A stretch of DNA of 61,264 nt, filler included, from Candidatus Woesearchaeota archaeon (GCA_003695265.1; 13 parts of 13 records of this genome joined end to end with filler, not necessarily neighbours in it); one strand, 5' to 3'. Shown: positions 29,440 to 40,609, numbered from the whole stretch's first letter. Program-made: numbers and translations. Notes: a model not told the origin generated them from the letters alone.

Positions 29440-29563
29440 CCCTGGCAGACCCTGCCGAAGCAGAGCCTGCTGGGGAAAAAGAGGTGATTTTAAGTTTCTT
29501 AGTGGGTTTGTTTGCAATACCGCAGTAAGCGTGATAAATGATTGACTTTCCACCTACCCCGAC
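29440..29563 (-). ncRNA. Candidate structured ncRNA of unknown class
   Basis: TATA-like TTTAAAT about 28 nt upstream on the minus strand. GGGGTAGGTG can pair with CACCT...CCCC. 11-bp hairpin with a C(UUCG)G loop (29445-29470) whose G-U pairs work only on the minus strand. Confidence 0.35.
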
Positions 29564-29712
29564 TTATATTTTATAGTAAACAAAACTCATATTTAAACCT
29601 TTCGATTTTTTAAGTATTCAAGAGTAGTAACAATTTTTTAGTCGATAATTCGTGGTTTTAACGGTTTTTTAATGCTAACGCTTAACAATGAAAATAAGAG
29701 AATTATAAAGCA

Positions 29713-30669
29713 ATGCTTAAAAAACAATTACTTGTCTTAATAATAATAGCCTTTTTTGGCTGCGGCAAGCAATTGCCAGCAGAAAACGGGTTTATAAATG
29801 TTTATTTCTGCCCGAGAGATGATTGCGAGGACAAGCTCCTTTTTCTTATTGAAATGTCAAACAAGTCAATTGACTGCGCTTTTTTTGACATTGACCTTGA
29901 AAAAGTGATAATGGCTTTAGAAGAAAAGCAGGACATTGCAAGGCTTGTCATTGATAACAACAATTTTGACAAAGTAAATGGGTTGAATTTTGTTAAGAAA
30001 GACGACGACAGGCAGTTAAGCCATAACAAGTTTTGCGTGTTTGACAAGAAGGTTGTGCTGACTGGCAGCTGGAATCCTACTGTGAGAGGCACTTTTCACA
30101 ACAACAATAATATGATAATAATAAAATCAAAGTTTTTGAGCAAAAACTATGAGGATGAGTTTGAAGAATTATGGCAGGGAAAATTTGGAGCTGGAAGGAA
30201 AGTAAAAGACCCAATTGTTGTTTTTAACGGATTCGAGATTGAGAACTACTTCTGCCCTGAGGACAACTGTGAAGAAAAACTGGTAAAGGCACTGATGAAG
30301 GCAAACAATTCAATAAAGTTCATGGTCTTCTCATTCACATCAGATGATGTTGGCGATGCGATAATCAAAAAGGCTGAGGAAGGCGTGAAAGTTGAGGGTG
30401 TTTTTGAAAAGTTTCAGAACAGCAGGTGGTCTGAATACGAGAAGATGAAAGAAAACAGCCTGAAAGTAGTGTTTGACAACAACAAGGGTTTCATGCACCA
30501 CAAAGTGTTCATAATAGATGAGAAGGTAACTGTTACTGGCTCTTACAATCCAACAAGAAATGGCAATGAGAAGAATGATGAGAACATGTTAATAATCCAC
30601 GACAAAAACCTAACTGCAAGCTTTCTGGAAGAGTTTGAATTTGTCAGATCTCAACCCATTCAATCTTGA
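29713..30669 (+). CDS. Phospholipase D superfamily protein (two HKD motifs), probable lipoprotein
   Basis: HNKFCVFD...TGSWN and HHKVFIID...TGSYN; N-terminal FFGC. Confidence 0.92.
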   Translation: MLKKQLLVLIIIAFFGCGKQLPAENGFINVYFCPRDDCEDKLLFLIEMSNKSIDCAFFDIDLEKVIMALEEKQDIARLVIDNNNFDKVNGLNFVKKDDDRQLSHNKFCVFDKKVVLTGSWNPTVRGTFHNNNNMIIIKSKFLSKNYEDEFEELWQGKFGAGRKVKDPIVVFNGFEIENYFCPEDNCEEKLVKALMKANNSIKFMVFSFTSDDVGDAIIKKAEEGVKVEGVFEKFQNSRWSEYEKMKENSLKVVFDNNKGFMHHKVFIIDEKVTVTGSYNPTRNGNEKNDENMLIIHDKNLTASFLEEFEFVRSQPIQS

Positions 30670-31198
30670 CGTGTTTTTGGCCGAAGCGGTCTGCCAAGAT
30701 ATAAGCTATGTCAAACAATAATATTGACAGCCAGATTACCCAAACGCCTGTGAAGACAGAGATTATGAGCGCGGACACTTCTAAAAAAGGCCTGAGTGAC
30801 AATATTTTTTTAAGGTGCTTGTTCTTAACAAGGCTTTCGCCCTGCTTTGAAGCAAAGAATTCGTCAAAGCAGGAGAATATTGTGAACGCAGCCAAGAAAA
30901 AAGTATTTAGTTCTGGAATTCCAAACAGGGAAACAAAAAAAAGCGTTGAGGCCAGCCCGACGTAATGCCCCTCTGCATCAATTTTTCTAAGAGCAACAAC
31001 TCCAATTATTCCACCAATCCAGAGAGGTGCCACTTCAGGAACAAAAGATATCAGGAGGGCTATTAAGAAACCATAGAATCCTCCAAGAATCATGTTTAGA
31101 TTGTAAGGCAGCTTTAGGTTGTTGTCGTGATGGAGGTCAACTATTTTAGTAAGTGCTCCTGTCACAAAAGCCGTTATTAAGGTTAAAGCAATGTTCAT
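30644..31198 (-). CDS. Integral membrane protein of unknown function
   Basis: Multiple TM segments; KID...H motif. Confidence 0.7.
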   Translation of the reverse strand: MNIALTLITAFVTGALTKIVDLHHDNNLKLPYNLNMILGGFYGFLIALLISFVPEVAPLWIGGIIGVVALRKIDAEGHYVGLASTLFFVSLFGIPELNTFFLAAFTIFSCFDEFFASKQGESLVKNKHLKKILSLRPFLEVSALIISVFTGVWVIWLSILLFDIAYILADRFGQKHVKIEWVEI

Positions 31199-31622
31199 GT
31201 GAATTCCTCCTTCATCGCCATTGCAAGCAAAGGGAAAACGATTGTTGCGTCTGCCTCAACGCAGACATGGTTTGAGTCTTCCTGCAATTTGCTCCACGAG
31301 ATTGCTTCTCTTGGCCTGGCTCCTGACAAAGAGCCGTCTGATTCTGTTGCGGTTGTTATGTAAACAGCATAGTCTAAGCCACCCCTCAAAATGTTTACGC
31401 CTATGAGATGATGTTTTGCTATTCCTCCACCAAGAATAATGCCTGCTGTGCTGTCCGCGTTCAGCACTAAATCTGCAAGATCATTCATGTCCGCGCTCAC
31501 ATCAATCCCGAAGTCAGGGTGCTTCTGTTTAAAAAAGTATAATTGCAGGCCAAGAGCTCCGTCAGTTATGCCAGGGCAGAATATGGGTATTTTGTTTTTT
31601 GTAGCCCAGTAAAGTATTGAAT
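31195..31622 (-). CDS. dys: Deoxyhypusine synthase, C-terminal part (5' truncated)
   Basis: PIFCPGITDG, LGGGIAKHH, DGSLSGARPREAISWSK, ADATIVFPL. Confidence 0.93.
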
Positions 31623-31723
31623 NNNNNNNNNNNNNNNNNNNNNNNNNNNNNNNNNNNNNNNNNNNNTTAATTAATTAANNNNNNNNNNNNNNNNNNNNNN
31701 NNNNNNNNNNNNNNNNNNNNNNC

Positions 31724-31906
31724 TTAATTGGCATAACCCTTGCCCTCATGCAAAAGCACTTCCCAATCGGCAAGCTGCCAGGAGACATAACCCTCCGCAC
31801 GCGAACAACAACAATCTACATCCCGCTTGCCACTTCCCTCCTGCTAAGCCTGCTGCTCAGCATCCTCCTGTCAATAGTTTGGTTTGTTGTTCATAAGTTA
31901 AGCTAA
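31724..31906 (+). CDS. DUF2905-like small membrane protein (5' truncated)
   Basis: IGKLPGDI...IYIPLATSLLLSLLLS. Confidence 0.75.
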   Translation, partial: LIGITLALMQKHFPIGKLPGDITLRTRTTTIYIPLATSLLLSLLLSILLSIVWFVVHKLS

Positions 31907-32166
31907 TAACGCAGAAGGTTTAACACTGAAATAAAAGATAACATAAACACTTTGCCTTTTTAACGCGTGATTGAGAATATTAGAAATCCAGCAAAGCTAA
32001 GCCAAAAAACTCCAACATTCACAAAATTCTAAGACAACAGATAAAAAGTTAGGGACAGAAAGCAAGATTGCATAGTAAGCCCCTAGCGACCGTTCCTAAA
32101 AACAGAAAGATTTAAATAAGCCGATTTAGTTGAATAACTACTAAAAAATAAAAACAAGGCTAAAAA

Positions 32167-33075
32167 ATGAAAGGAAAACGGAAGCAAAAGGGAGCGCAAA
32201 CAGAAGGTATAGAAACAGCTTTAGCAGTTAGAGAGCAACAAGGAAATAGCCCATTAGTTTCTTTGGTAAAAAACTATAGAAAAGTTTCTGAGTATTTTGA
32301 AGAAATTAAACAAGCTGAATATCAACTATCTGGTCTTATAAGAAGCATGCAGCTTTATGAGCATCCCGAAAGCACACTTGACAAGATGTTGCGTCCGTTC
32401 CAAAGGTTAATAGCAAGAGCAAGCGGGCTGCCTGCTGTAAGAGATTTTATAGAGGATGGTTTGCCTGTTTATGAAAAATTGGAAGAATCACTTAGGGATG
32501 CAGTAGTAAAAACAGCTCAATCAGTTGATAATATCGTAGAGCATTATCGCGAAGAGCAGCGACAAATAGCTGAAATGGAAAGATTTCTCAGAAAAAACCC
32601 GACCCGTGAACAACTATTAAATTACATCGAAGGAACGACAGCAACCCCGATCTCAGAAAATATACGGATGATACTAGAAGAGTCTCCTGTGCAACACGAC
32701 TATAGAGCTATTGTTGAAGGTGTACTCCAAATGAGAAAAAAGACTGCTGAAACAGCCGGTGGAATTGCAGTATCAGCAGCACACTCATTCCATGAGGCAC
32801 AAGTTAATCTATTTAGGTACCTGAATATCAAAGATTCATTAATAGTTATGTCAGAAGCAAGAAGAGCAATTGATGTTTCCTCCCAATTATCTGAGGGTCT
32901 AATGAACTTTTTATCCAATGTCTTGCCCACCTATCAACAAACTGTAATGGCATCTTTGTTAGACATTATTGAACGAGAGAAGGAATGGGGCAAATTTATA
33001 GAGAGAACTCAGGATCAACCAAATCTCTTTGAAGAATTAGAAAAACTTCCTTCTCCCCAACCAACATCTGAGTAA
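32167..33075 (+). CDS. Hypothetical coiled-coil protein
   Basis: 302-aa helical ORF. Confidence 0.7.
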   Translation: MKGKRKQKGAQTEGIETALAVREQQGNSPLVSLVKNYRKVSEYFEEIKQAEYQLSGLIRSMQLYEHPESTLDKMLRPFQRLIARASGLPAVRDFIEDGLPVYEKLEESLRDAVVKTAQSVDNIVEHYREEQRQIAEMERFLRKNPTREQLLNYIEGTTATPISENIRMILEESPVQHDYRAIVEGVLQMRKKTAETAGGIAVSAAHSFHEAQVNLFRYLNIKDSLIVMSEARRAIDVSSQLSEGLMNFLSNVLPTYQQTVMASLLDIIEREKEWGKFIERTQDQPNLFEELEKLPSPQPTSE

Positions 33076-33097
33076 AGTCTCACCTAGTGCAAGCACG

Positions 33098-34048
33098 ATG
33101 AAAGCGAAAAGCCAATTAGCTGAAGTGAGAAGAAATATTTTAACAGGTGAAGAAGCAGTAAGCTACTTAGACAGAATACTTGCATTAATTCCTGAGTCAG
33201 GTTTAAGAAATGCATTAATTTCTGCAAAACTGTTATTTAAAAAACCGCCCGAGAGATTAGCAGTATATGTCAGTCCATTAACAGGATTTCCCTCTATACC
33301 CTCGCTTAAATCTGACTCAAAAGCTGGCATAGATGCAAACAGGCATGAATTAGGAGATGTCAGAGGATTGGAAAGAGTAGTTAAAGGCGAATGGGGACCA
33401 GAAGAAATAGCTGTAATGGTAAACAGAGAAGGTAATAGAGTAAAAACACAAGAACTGACAGTACTTGATGAGGAAACAGGAAGTGAATTCAAATACTGGC
33501 CCCCGCCACCGCTACAATTGAATGGACAACCATCTAACCTCTTACTAACCTATTCGCCAAGAGAAAGGAAATATATTTTCTTCTCCGACTCTGTCTCAGA
33601 ATCTTTGAGACAATTAGAAAGAAATCTAAGGTTTATAGAAGTAATAAGAGGGAGAAGAATTTGCAAGGACTTCCTAAAAGATTGTTTATTTGGTGAAAGA
33701 GGGTTTGATAGAACTGCTGAAAGAGTCGCGAGAACAGCAGAGTATGTTAAGGAAATTTTAGAACATTTTGAAAAAGTTTATTCATCTGAAAGAGATTCTC
33801 CAGAAATGGCAGCACAATCATTGTCTGAAATAAGGGAAAAGGCAAGGAGCGAGTGCGGGATATTTTTTAGATACACGCAAGAAAGCGGTTTTGTAAGGAA
33901 TGTAAAAAAGAGAGCGCATGAAGAAGTGCGTGGAGACCCGCGGCGAGGCTGGAGGCACATTTTGTATGAGACAGAAGTAACCAAAACTTATTTAGATCAT
34001 CATGCATTATATTTGGGAAGTATCAAAAGTTTTAATAAAGTTAGTTGA
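33098..34048 (+). CDS. Hypothetical protein
   Basis: 316-aa ORF co-oriented with the upstream gene. Confidence 0.7.
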   Translation: MKAKSQLAEVRRNILTGEEAVSYLDRILALIPESGLRNALISAKLLFKKPPERLAVYVSPLTGFPSIPSLKSDSKAGIDANRHELGDVRGLERVVKGEWGPEEIAVMVNREGNRVKTQELTVLDEETGSEFKYWPPPPLQLNGQPSNLLLTYSPRERKYIFFSDSVSESLRQLERNLRFIEVIRGRRICKDFLKDCLFGERGFDRTAERVARTAEYVKEILEHFEKVYSSERDSPEMAAQSLSEIREKARSECGIFFRYTQESGFVRNVKKRAHEEVRGDPRRGWRHILYETEVTKTYLDHHALYLGSIKSFNKVS

Positions 34049-34197
34049 GAAACTAACACACTACGTTCACTCGTGCTATGCAAAACGTCCTAACTTTGCA
34101 TATAGTTGCTTCTCATTCTTATGCTTAAAGTCAGTTAAGCCGCGCCTTCGGCGCGCCAACACTAGCCTTTGCTCTGATAAAAACCTTTACTTCAAAA

Positions 34198-34239
34198 TGC
34201 GCCGTGCGGGAATCGAACCCGCGCCGCAAGCTTGGGAAG
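34198..34239 (-). tRNA. tRNA-Gly(CCC), 3' half only (contig end); no anticodon or T-loop intron
   Basis: CTTCCCAAGCTTGCGGCGCGGGTTCGATTCCCGCACGGCGCA. Confidence 0.85.
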
Positions 34240-34339
34240 NNNNNNNNNNNNNNNNNNNNNNNNNNNNNNNNNNNNNNNNNNNNTTAATTAATTAANNNNN
34301 NNNNNNNNNNNNNNNNNNNNNNNNNNNNNNNNNNNNNNN

Positions 34340-35332
34340 CTTTTCGTTCGAAGAACTAGCTGTTTTCATTCTGTCCCTGTCCAAGAATTCCAAAGGAGGA
34401 GCTGATTTCCTAATGATGTGGTAATTCCTAATACTAGGGTGATAAGCCCTTGCCTCAACGCCTGCAGGAATGTCGGGATTATGAAATGTTGTGTTGTAAA
34501 TCGTAGGATCAACGACACGCCAATGACCATCACAAAAGACCATGCTTAACGCATGTTCTCCTATAAGATTGTTATCCATACTAAAATAATTATAACCTGC
34601 AAGAGGAAGATTCAATGTTCCTAAAATGGTTCTAAAGGCTAAATGATCAAAAAAGCCTCCTGCAACGAAAACCATTCTCTCAAAAATCTCAGTGAAATGC
34701 TCGCAGCAGCCAGACCCGTCAATAAGCGCCTGCGAATACGTTCTGGTTTTTCCCTCTAAGGTATATCTCATCTCATGCTTCAAGAATTCAAGAATCTTTA
34801 AGACAGAAGAAAAACTGAATTTTTCCCGCTCATCATCACTCGCAAAGCGCCTGTCCTCAAGGCCGAGCTCTCTTACTTTGGCAACTAACAGGTCTGAAAG
34901 GCGTTCTTGAGGGGATAATAAGTCCTTTGCTTGGCCCATGTAAGGAGAACATTTCAATTCGTCCGACACCACAACTGCCTCAACAATTAATGGGCGCTCA
35001 GGAGTGAACAAAACCCTGCCACGCAGGCCTTGATTGTCTGTTTCCAAATCATAGTTGCTCCTAACAATATGTATTGACGGGTTAGTTTTAATCATTACGT
35101 TTTCAGGCCTGCAAAAATCATCAATTTCTGAAGGGTCAAACACCAGCTTAACTCTTACTTCAGAATCATAACCCAGAATCCCAGAAAGATGACCTTTAGA
35201 ATTTATAATGATTCCATTATGATAAGTGTAGGCATGATTTCTGAAATCACTAATTTTTCCGCTTTTCGACAGTGCTTCCTGAACTCTTTCATGCAGGTCA
35301 GGAATCTCCCGCATCAACTCCAAAATAGCCAT
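34340..35332 (-). CDS. Transglutaminase-like (Cys-His-Asp) protein, 3' truncated
   Basis: GCCEHF, EHAL, WRVVDPT. Confidence 0.8.
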
Positions 35333-35378
35333 TATTAACATGAAAAAATTTTTAAACTTATAAAATTAAGCATTATTC

Positions 35379-35885
35379 ATGAAAGATGAAATTGAAGTCA
35401 GGAAGCCAAGAGAGGACGAGCTTAGCGAATTAGTTCCTATTTACAGAAAAGTGTTTAAGAAGCACAACATTTTTCAGGGAGAAGACAATGAGATAAAGGA
35501 GTATTTGCAAAGAAAATACAGGGAGGAGCCGGAGCTTGGGTTTTTAGTAGCGTTAAAAAACAACAAGATTGTAGGAGGTCTTTTGCTAAGAAAAGTTGGC
35601 GGTGATGAGAAGCATTGGAACATCAGGTTGAATCATTTTGCGATTGACGAGGCTTTCAGAGGCCAAGGTATTGGAACTGCCCTTATTGATTCTGTTGACG
35701 AGCTTATTCTTGACTTGAAAGGTAAAGGGAAGCTCGAATCAGCAAAGATTGAGACGCGTGTAAGCGAGAATGAAAAAAGAGCGATAGAGTTTTTCAAGAA
35801 GTTCGGCTACGAAACAGAAGGTGAGTCCAAAAGCCATTACAGGAAGGGAGAATCAGCTTATTTTCTGGGAAAGGAAATTGATTAA
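35379..35885 (+). CDS. GNAT family N-acetyltransferase
   Basis: FRGQGIGTAL acetyl-CoA motif; N..AI.FF.K.GY. Confidence 0.9.
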   Translation: MKDEIEVRKPREDELSELVPIYRKVFKKHNIFQGEDNEIKEYLQRKYREEPELGFLVALKNNKIVGGLLLRKVGGDEKHWNIRLNHFAIDEAFRGQGIGTALIDSVDELILDLKGKGKLESAKIETRVSENEKRAIEFFKKFGYETEGESKSHYRKGESAYFLGKEID

Positions 35886-36507
35886 GGCAATTATCTTTGA
35901 CTGTTGGGACACAATACTTGATAATGGGACGAGTGCTTTGAAAGAAGTCAGAAAAATACTTGGAGTAAAATTTGATGGTTTTGCAGAAAAATTTGAGAAC
36001 GCCTTTATGAAGCAGTGGTTCAAGACAGAAGAAGAAGGATTTAGGAAAGTATGCATGGCATTTGGAATAGAGCCGAAAGAGGAGCTTGTAAAAAAGCTTG
36101 CTGAGATGTGGCGCAGAAAAGATTCTTCAGCGAAGCCTTACAGCGATACGATACCTGTTCTTTCAAGAATAAGAAAAAAATACAAGACTGCACTGATATC
36201 AAACACTGACTGTTTTGTTCACCCAATCTTAAAGAAGTACAGTTTGGAAGAACTTTTTGATGTTGTGAAGCTTTCATGCGACTCGAAACTGCTAAAGCCT
36301 GATAAGAAGCTGTTTGAGGCAGTGTGCGAAGAGCTTGGAGTGAAAAAAGATGAGGCTGTCATGGTTGGAGACAGCCTTAGGGTTGACATAATGGGCGCAA
36401 AAAACGCCGGCCTAAAATATGTGTTGATAGACAGAAAATGCAAAAGTGATTTCTCCCCTAAAATAAAAAGCCTGAAGGAATTGGAAAAGGCGCTGAGCAT
36501 GATTTAA
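35878..36507 (+). CDS. HAD-superfamily hydrolase
   Basis: IIFDCWDT, ISN, KPD, MVGDSLRVDIMGA; probable TTG start. Confidence 0.9.
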   Translation: MIKAIIFDCWDTILDNGTSALKEVRKILGVKFDGFAEKFENAFMKQWFKTEEEGFRKVCMAFGIEPKEELVKKLAEMWRRKDSSAKPYSDTIPVLSRIRKKYKTALISNTDCFVHPILKKYSLEELFDVVKLSCDSKLLKPDKKLFEAVCEELGVKKDEAVMVGDSLRVDIMGAKNAGLKYVLIDRKCKSDFSPKIKSLKELEKALSMI

Positions 36508-36959
36508 GGGAGGATTACTCCATTTTCTTTGGCAGTGCTTATTACTATCATGCTTTCTGTCCTCTCAACGCCTTCCCAAGACCTTAGACCTCCAACGGCA
36601 AGTGCTAGCTTGGAGAGCTCTTCTAAATTTCTAAGGTGAGTCTTAACAACTATGTCAATCGGCCCGGACACAATGTAAATTTCCTCAAAAAGATCGTTTT
36701 TCTTTAGACGCTCCACAATACTCATCGGCATCTTCTTTGAAGAGATTACAATATTGATGAAGACTGTTATTGGCCTGCCCACTTTTTTTGGCTCAACAAT
36801 AGCCTTATACTTTCTTATTACGCCTGTTCTTTCAAGCTTCTTTATGCGGTTGTGTATTGTTGTCCTGGGAGCATTAATGACTTTTGCGAGCTGCGAAGTG
36901 GTCCTCTTAGAATTAATTTGAAGCTCATAAAGGATTTTTTTGTCAATTTCGTCTAGCAT
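36504..36959 (-). CDS. Lrp/AsnC family transcriptional regulator
   Basis: LDEIDKKIL, HTH, RIKKLE..GVI, C-terminal RAM domain. Confidence 0.92.
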   Translation of the reverse strand: MLDEIDKKILYELQINSKRTTSQLAKVINAPRTTIHNRIKKLERTGVIRKYKAIVEPKKVGRPITVFINIVISSKKMPMSIVERLKKNDLFEEIYIVSGPIDIVVKTHLRNLEELSKLALAVGGLRSWEGVERTESMIVISTAKENGVILP

Positions 36960-37279
36960 TTTAATATGTAAGGTCATTATGTTTAAATANNNNNNNNNNN
37001 NNNNNNNNNNNNNNNNNNNNNNNNNNNNNNNNNTTAATTAATTAANNNNNNNNNNNNNNNNNNNNNNNNNNNNNNNNNNNNNNNNNNNNAATTAGAATAA
37101 ATAGAAGCATTTAAAAACAAACATTGTTTTCTAGCTGTTAATTGCGCTTTATAACATATTTAGTACTGCAGATTCTGCAAGAAAGTTTTGTTATTGGCGT
37201 TTGGCGAACCAGAAAAGAAACCAGTAATTGCTAACAGAGGGATTAACAATGAACGTAATGGTTTGTAAGGAGGAAAAAA

Positions 37280-37534
37280 ATGAAAGGAACAGTAAAGTTC
37301 TTTAACGAGCAGAAAAGGTTCGGATTTATTGCTGCTGAAGATGGCAAGGATTACTTTGTCCATCAAACAGCATTGCAAGAAGGTGATGTCCTAAAGGACA
37401 ATGATCCGGTCACTTTTGACGTTGAAGAAGGAGACAGAGGCCCAAAAGCGGTTAACGTAAAAGTCGGACTCGCTGAAAAGGCTTCTGAAAATGCTTCCCA
37501 GGAAGAACCAGAAGAAGATCAAGAAGCAGCATAA
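37280..37534 (+). CDS. Cold-shock protein (CspA family) with acidic tail
   Basis: [23 protein letters not shown]. Confidence 0.95.
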   Translation: MKGTVKFFNEQKRFGFIAAEDGKDYFVHQTALQEGDVLKDNDPVTFDVEEGDRGPKAVNVKVGLAEKASENASQEEPEEDQEAA

Positions 37535-37658
37535 TCAAGGACTTCTTTTTTTTTACAAAATTATTTTTTTCTTTTTTTAGGTTTATTTGGTTATCTTAAT
37601 CTTTAATATAAATTAATTTCAAAACCTTTTTAAACCATTTAACACATCTTTTTTTAGT

Positions 37659-38468
37659 ATGGTATTGGAAGCTATTGTGAATCCTTACAAATCAAGGAAG
37701 AACCCATGGGAAATGTTCTTTGTCGGATTTGGTTACAGCACAGTGGCCATTGTCATTTCTTTGTTTGTGTTCACAGACTTCGCAAGCCTAGTATCCATAT
37801 TCCTTACGGCAATGCTCTGCATCCCGTTAATTTACAACACAATCCGTTTGGAAGAGAAAAAAGGGATTCAGGCAGAGAAAAAATTTTTGCTGAAAGAGCA
37901 TGGCCCAACTTTGGAATACTTCACTTTTCTGTTTTTCGGATTTATTGTTTCATTCACATTCTGGTTTGTAACACTGCCTCCTGAAACAGCTTCCTCATTA
38001 TTCTCTGTCCAGATAAATACTATTGAGAAAATCAACAATCCATTAACAGGAAACTTCATAAATTCCTCAGCAGTTGTCACAATCCTATTGAATAATCTTA
38101 AAGTTCTTGTCTTTTGTTTATTATTCTCTTTCTTTTTTGGCTTCGGCGCTATTTTTATATTAGCATGGAATGCTTCTGTAATAGGTGTTGCTATAGGACA
38201 ATACATCTCAACGAGCTTATCAGAAGGCTTGTTTAGCGCTGTCTCGCTCGGTTTTGGAAAGTTCATACTTCATGGCATGCCTGAAATAATCGCTTATTTC
38301 ATAGCAGGCTTGGCAGGGGGTATAATAAGCATTGCAGTGATAAGACATGATTTTGGCGGAGGCAAATTCAAAAAAGTCTTGGTAGATTCAGTTGACCTCA
38401 TACTTTTTGCTGTTCTTATATTGCTCCTTGCTGCAATTACAGAAGTTCATGTCTCATCTCTTGTTTAA
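37659..38468 (+). CDS. SpoIIM/DUF95-family membrane protein
   Basis: ILLNNLKV...WNA..IG...HGMPEI...AAITE. Confidence 0.85.
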   Translation: MVLEAIVNPYKSRKNPWEMFFVGFGYSTVAIVISLFVFTDFASLVSIFLTAMLCIPLIYNTIRLEEKKGIQAEKKFLLKEHGPTLEYFTFLFFGFIVSFTFWFVTLPPETASSLFSVQINTIEKINNPLTGNFINSSAVVTILLNNLKVLVFCLLFSFFFGFGAIFILAWNASVIGVAIGQYISTSLSEGLFSAVSLGFGKFILHGMPEIIAYFIAGLAGGIISIAVIRHDFGGGKFKKVLVDSVDLILFAVLILLLAAITEVHVSSLV

Positions 38469-40271
38469 TTCGCTTACTAATTCTATGAACATAGCGCTGC
38501 TCCACGCCTGCGCCAAGCAGCCTCGCGGCTTTAAGGAGGAGGCAGAGCTTATTTCAGAATGGTGGCCTAGCAATCCCATGAAAAGGATTTCTCTTGTACT
38601 TGTCTCAAGAATATGGCTTATTTGATCTTTGTATCTAGTTTTGTCTGTCCTGCTGAGAACAATTGCTGCTAAGTTATTTATCCAGAACCATGAGTCACCA
38701 TTGTGGTAACTTTTATTGTTTTCTCCTGTACTGTTAAAGCAGAACCTTTGATCCTTCACATCAATGCTTGAAAGTCCACCATAGCCTAGCCATAATCTTT
38801 CCAATGCGTAATCAAAGCATTTTACCCACTCATTTTTTGATAGCAAGTTTGGGTAAATATAAGCTGCTATGAAAATATTTGGCCTTACAGTGAAGTCGCC
38901 GGCGCTGTCAGCAAGCCAGTTGTTGTTCCAGAATTCTCCTCTAACTTTCTCCAGCGTTCTCATCTCCTTTTCCTTGTACTCTTTCTTTCTGGTGAGTTCG
39001 TAAAGCATTCTGAGCATGTAAAGGTACATTGCCTGTATCTCAATGCATGCTCCCTTTCTTGGAGTGTGTGCTGTGTCCATCCATGTTTCCATGCTGTCAT
39101 TGAATATAAGGCCATCTTTCAAATAGTTTGATTCAAGTTTTTGCAGGGACTTTTCAAGCTTATTAACTATATCATGCAATGCTTCTGCGTAAAAGTACTC
39201 ATTCACAAGCTTTTTATGGTACAGCATTCCAATAATGTCAGCCCATCTCTTGAAATGCCAGCCTATGCTGTCAGCGCTTTCTAATTCTGAATTAGGCACC
39301 CTGTTGGGCAGGCGTCCTTTTTCATCAATCATTGAGAGCTGCTTTAACAATATATCCTTTGCCAACGCGAATTCCTTTTCAATCATTAATGCTTTTAATG
39401 ATACTGCCTCATCCCTGCTCCACACCTGGAAAAACCATGGCAGGCCTGCAAAAACTCCCCACTCCTTTTTATTCCTCATAATAAGCCCATCCAAGCTGTT
39501 CACAGAGCAGTTATACGCAAACTCAACTTTGTCGTTTGTGAAATCTTTCAAGTCAGCTTCAACATATCTTTTGTGCACTTTCTTGAACTTTTCCAAGTTG
39601 TCAAGGACATACCTTGACTCAGCCAAAGCTTTTTCTTTTGTTGAAGCAACAGAAACAACAATCCTTTTAGAATTTATTTCTAACGCTTCATAAACGTACC
39701 TTTCAAAAGGGAAAGAATTCCTTTCCTTATCAAATAGGTATTCTTTCTTCACCCAGTTGTTAAGCTGCTTGTAATCAAGGTTTCCGCCTGGTCTTACAGC
39801 AACGTAAACCCTGTATTCCTCAACATTATTGCTTGCGTCCTCCCTTTGGTCTGTTTTTTTTGTAAAAGTTACTAAAACAGCTTTGTCTTCCTCGCTCACC
39901 TCATACTCTCTTCCCCATTCCCTGTTGTCATAAGCCTCTTTAACGTCGAATTCAAGAACAATTGGCTTTATGCCTTCCAGCTCGTAAACCATGCTGTTTG
40001 TGTGGATTGGCACAAAAAATGTTTCTGTAATACCATTCTTTTCCTGCTGTACGTTCCAGAAATTGTTAATTATTTTGTTGGGAACACCCCTTACGCCTAT
40101 GTTGTCAAGGATCTTTAATTGTTTTCCACCAATATTAACCATAAATCCGGAATACCTGCTGGGAATCCCCAATGATAAGAAGCCGCCGACCTTGTTTGAC
40201 AGGAGAAACCCTGCAAATCCTTCAGAACTGCCACTAACCTCTTTTTTTCTCAGCCTATGAACAACCTTCAT
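38454..40271 (-). CDS. Amylo-alpha-1,6-glucosidase (glycogen debranching enzyme-like)
   Basis: AGLPWF...WSRD, TWMD, YHNG, QAWS. Confidence 0.9.
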   Translation of the reverse strand: MKVVHRLRKKEVSGSSEGFAGFLLSNKVGGFLSLGIPSRYSGFMVNIGGKQLKILDNIGVRGVPNKIINNFWNVQQEKNGITETFFVPIHTNSMVYELEGIKPIVLEFDVKEAYDNREWGREYEVSEEDKAVLVTFTKKTDQREDASNNVEEYRVYVAVRPGGNLDYKQLNNWVKKEYLFDKERNSFPFERYVYEALEINSKRIVVSVASTKEKALAESRYVLDNLEKFKKVHKRYVEADLKDFTNDKVEFAYNCSVNSLDGLIMRNKKEWGVFAGLPWFFQVWSRDEAVSLKALMIEKEFALAKDILLKQLSMIDEKGRLPNRVPNSELESADSIGWHFKRWADIIGMLYHKKLVNEYFYAEALHDIVNKLEKSLQKLESNYLKDGLIFNDSMETWMDTAHTPRKGACIEIQAMYLYMLRMLYELTRKKEYKEKEMRTLEKVRGEFWNNNWLADSAGDFTVRPNIFIAAYIYPNLLSKNEWVKCFDYALERLWLGYGGLSSIDVKDQRFCFNSTGENNKSYHNGDSWFWINNLAAIVLSRTDKTRYKDQISHILETSTREILFMGLLGHHSEISSASSLKPRGCLAQAWSSAMFIELVSELNKR

Positions 40272-40329
40272 AGCTCACCCCTCAAAAATTAGCGTGTCAG
40301 AAATACTTTATAAATTTTTGGGTTAATCA

Positions 40330-40426
40330 GTGCTGTCAGCTTAAGTGAGAAAGCTTTCATGCTTGGGTGGCGTGGGTGGGACTAAAAATCTTTATAATTT
40401 TTTAACTCAACAAACCTGACTTAACC
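40330..40426 (+). mobile_element. MITE-like repeat, copy 3 of 5
   Basis: Core GGGTGGCGTGGGTGGGACTAAAAA. Exact 9-bp flanking direct repeat GGTTAATCA (40321-40329, 40428-40436). Confidence 0.85.
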
Positions 40427-40609
40427 AGGTTAATCATATGCTCTGGAATAATCAAAGTAATAATAATTTTTTTTCTAGCTTAAGAAGCGTTTTAAGATTC
40501 TTTTTCTTCNNNNNNNNNNNNNNNNNNNNNNNNNNNNNNNNNNNNNNNNNNNNTTAATTAATTAANNNNNNNNNNNNNNNNNNNNNNNNNNNNNNNNNNN
40601 NNNNNNNNN

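Noticed and set aside
34198..34239. Half tRNA genes (also 3358-3540 and 51704-51873) as split or trans-spliced tRNAs
   Set aside because: Each is cut exactly at a contig edge, and no complementary leader/trailer pairs are visible.
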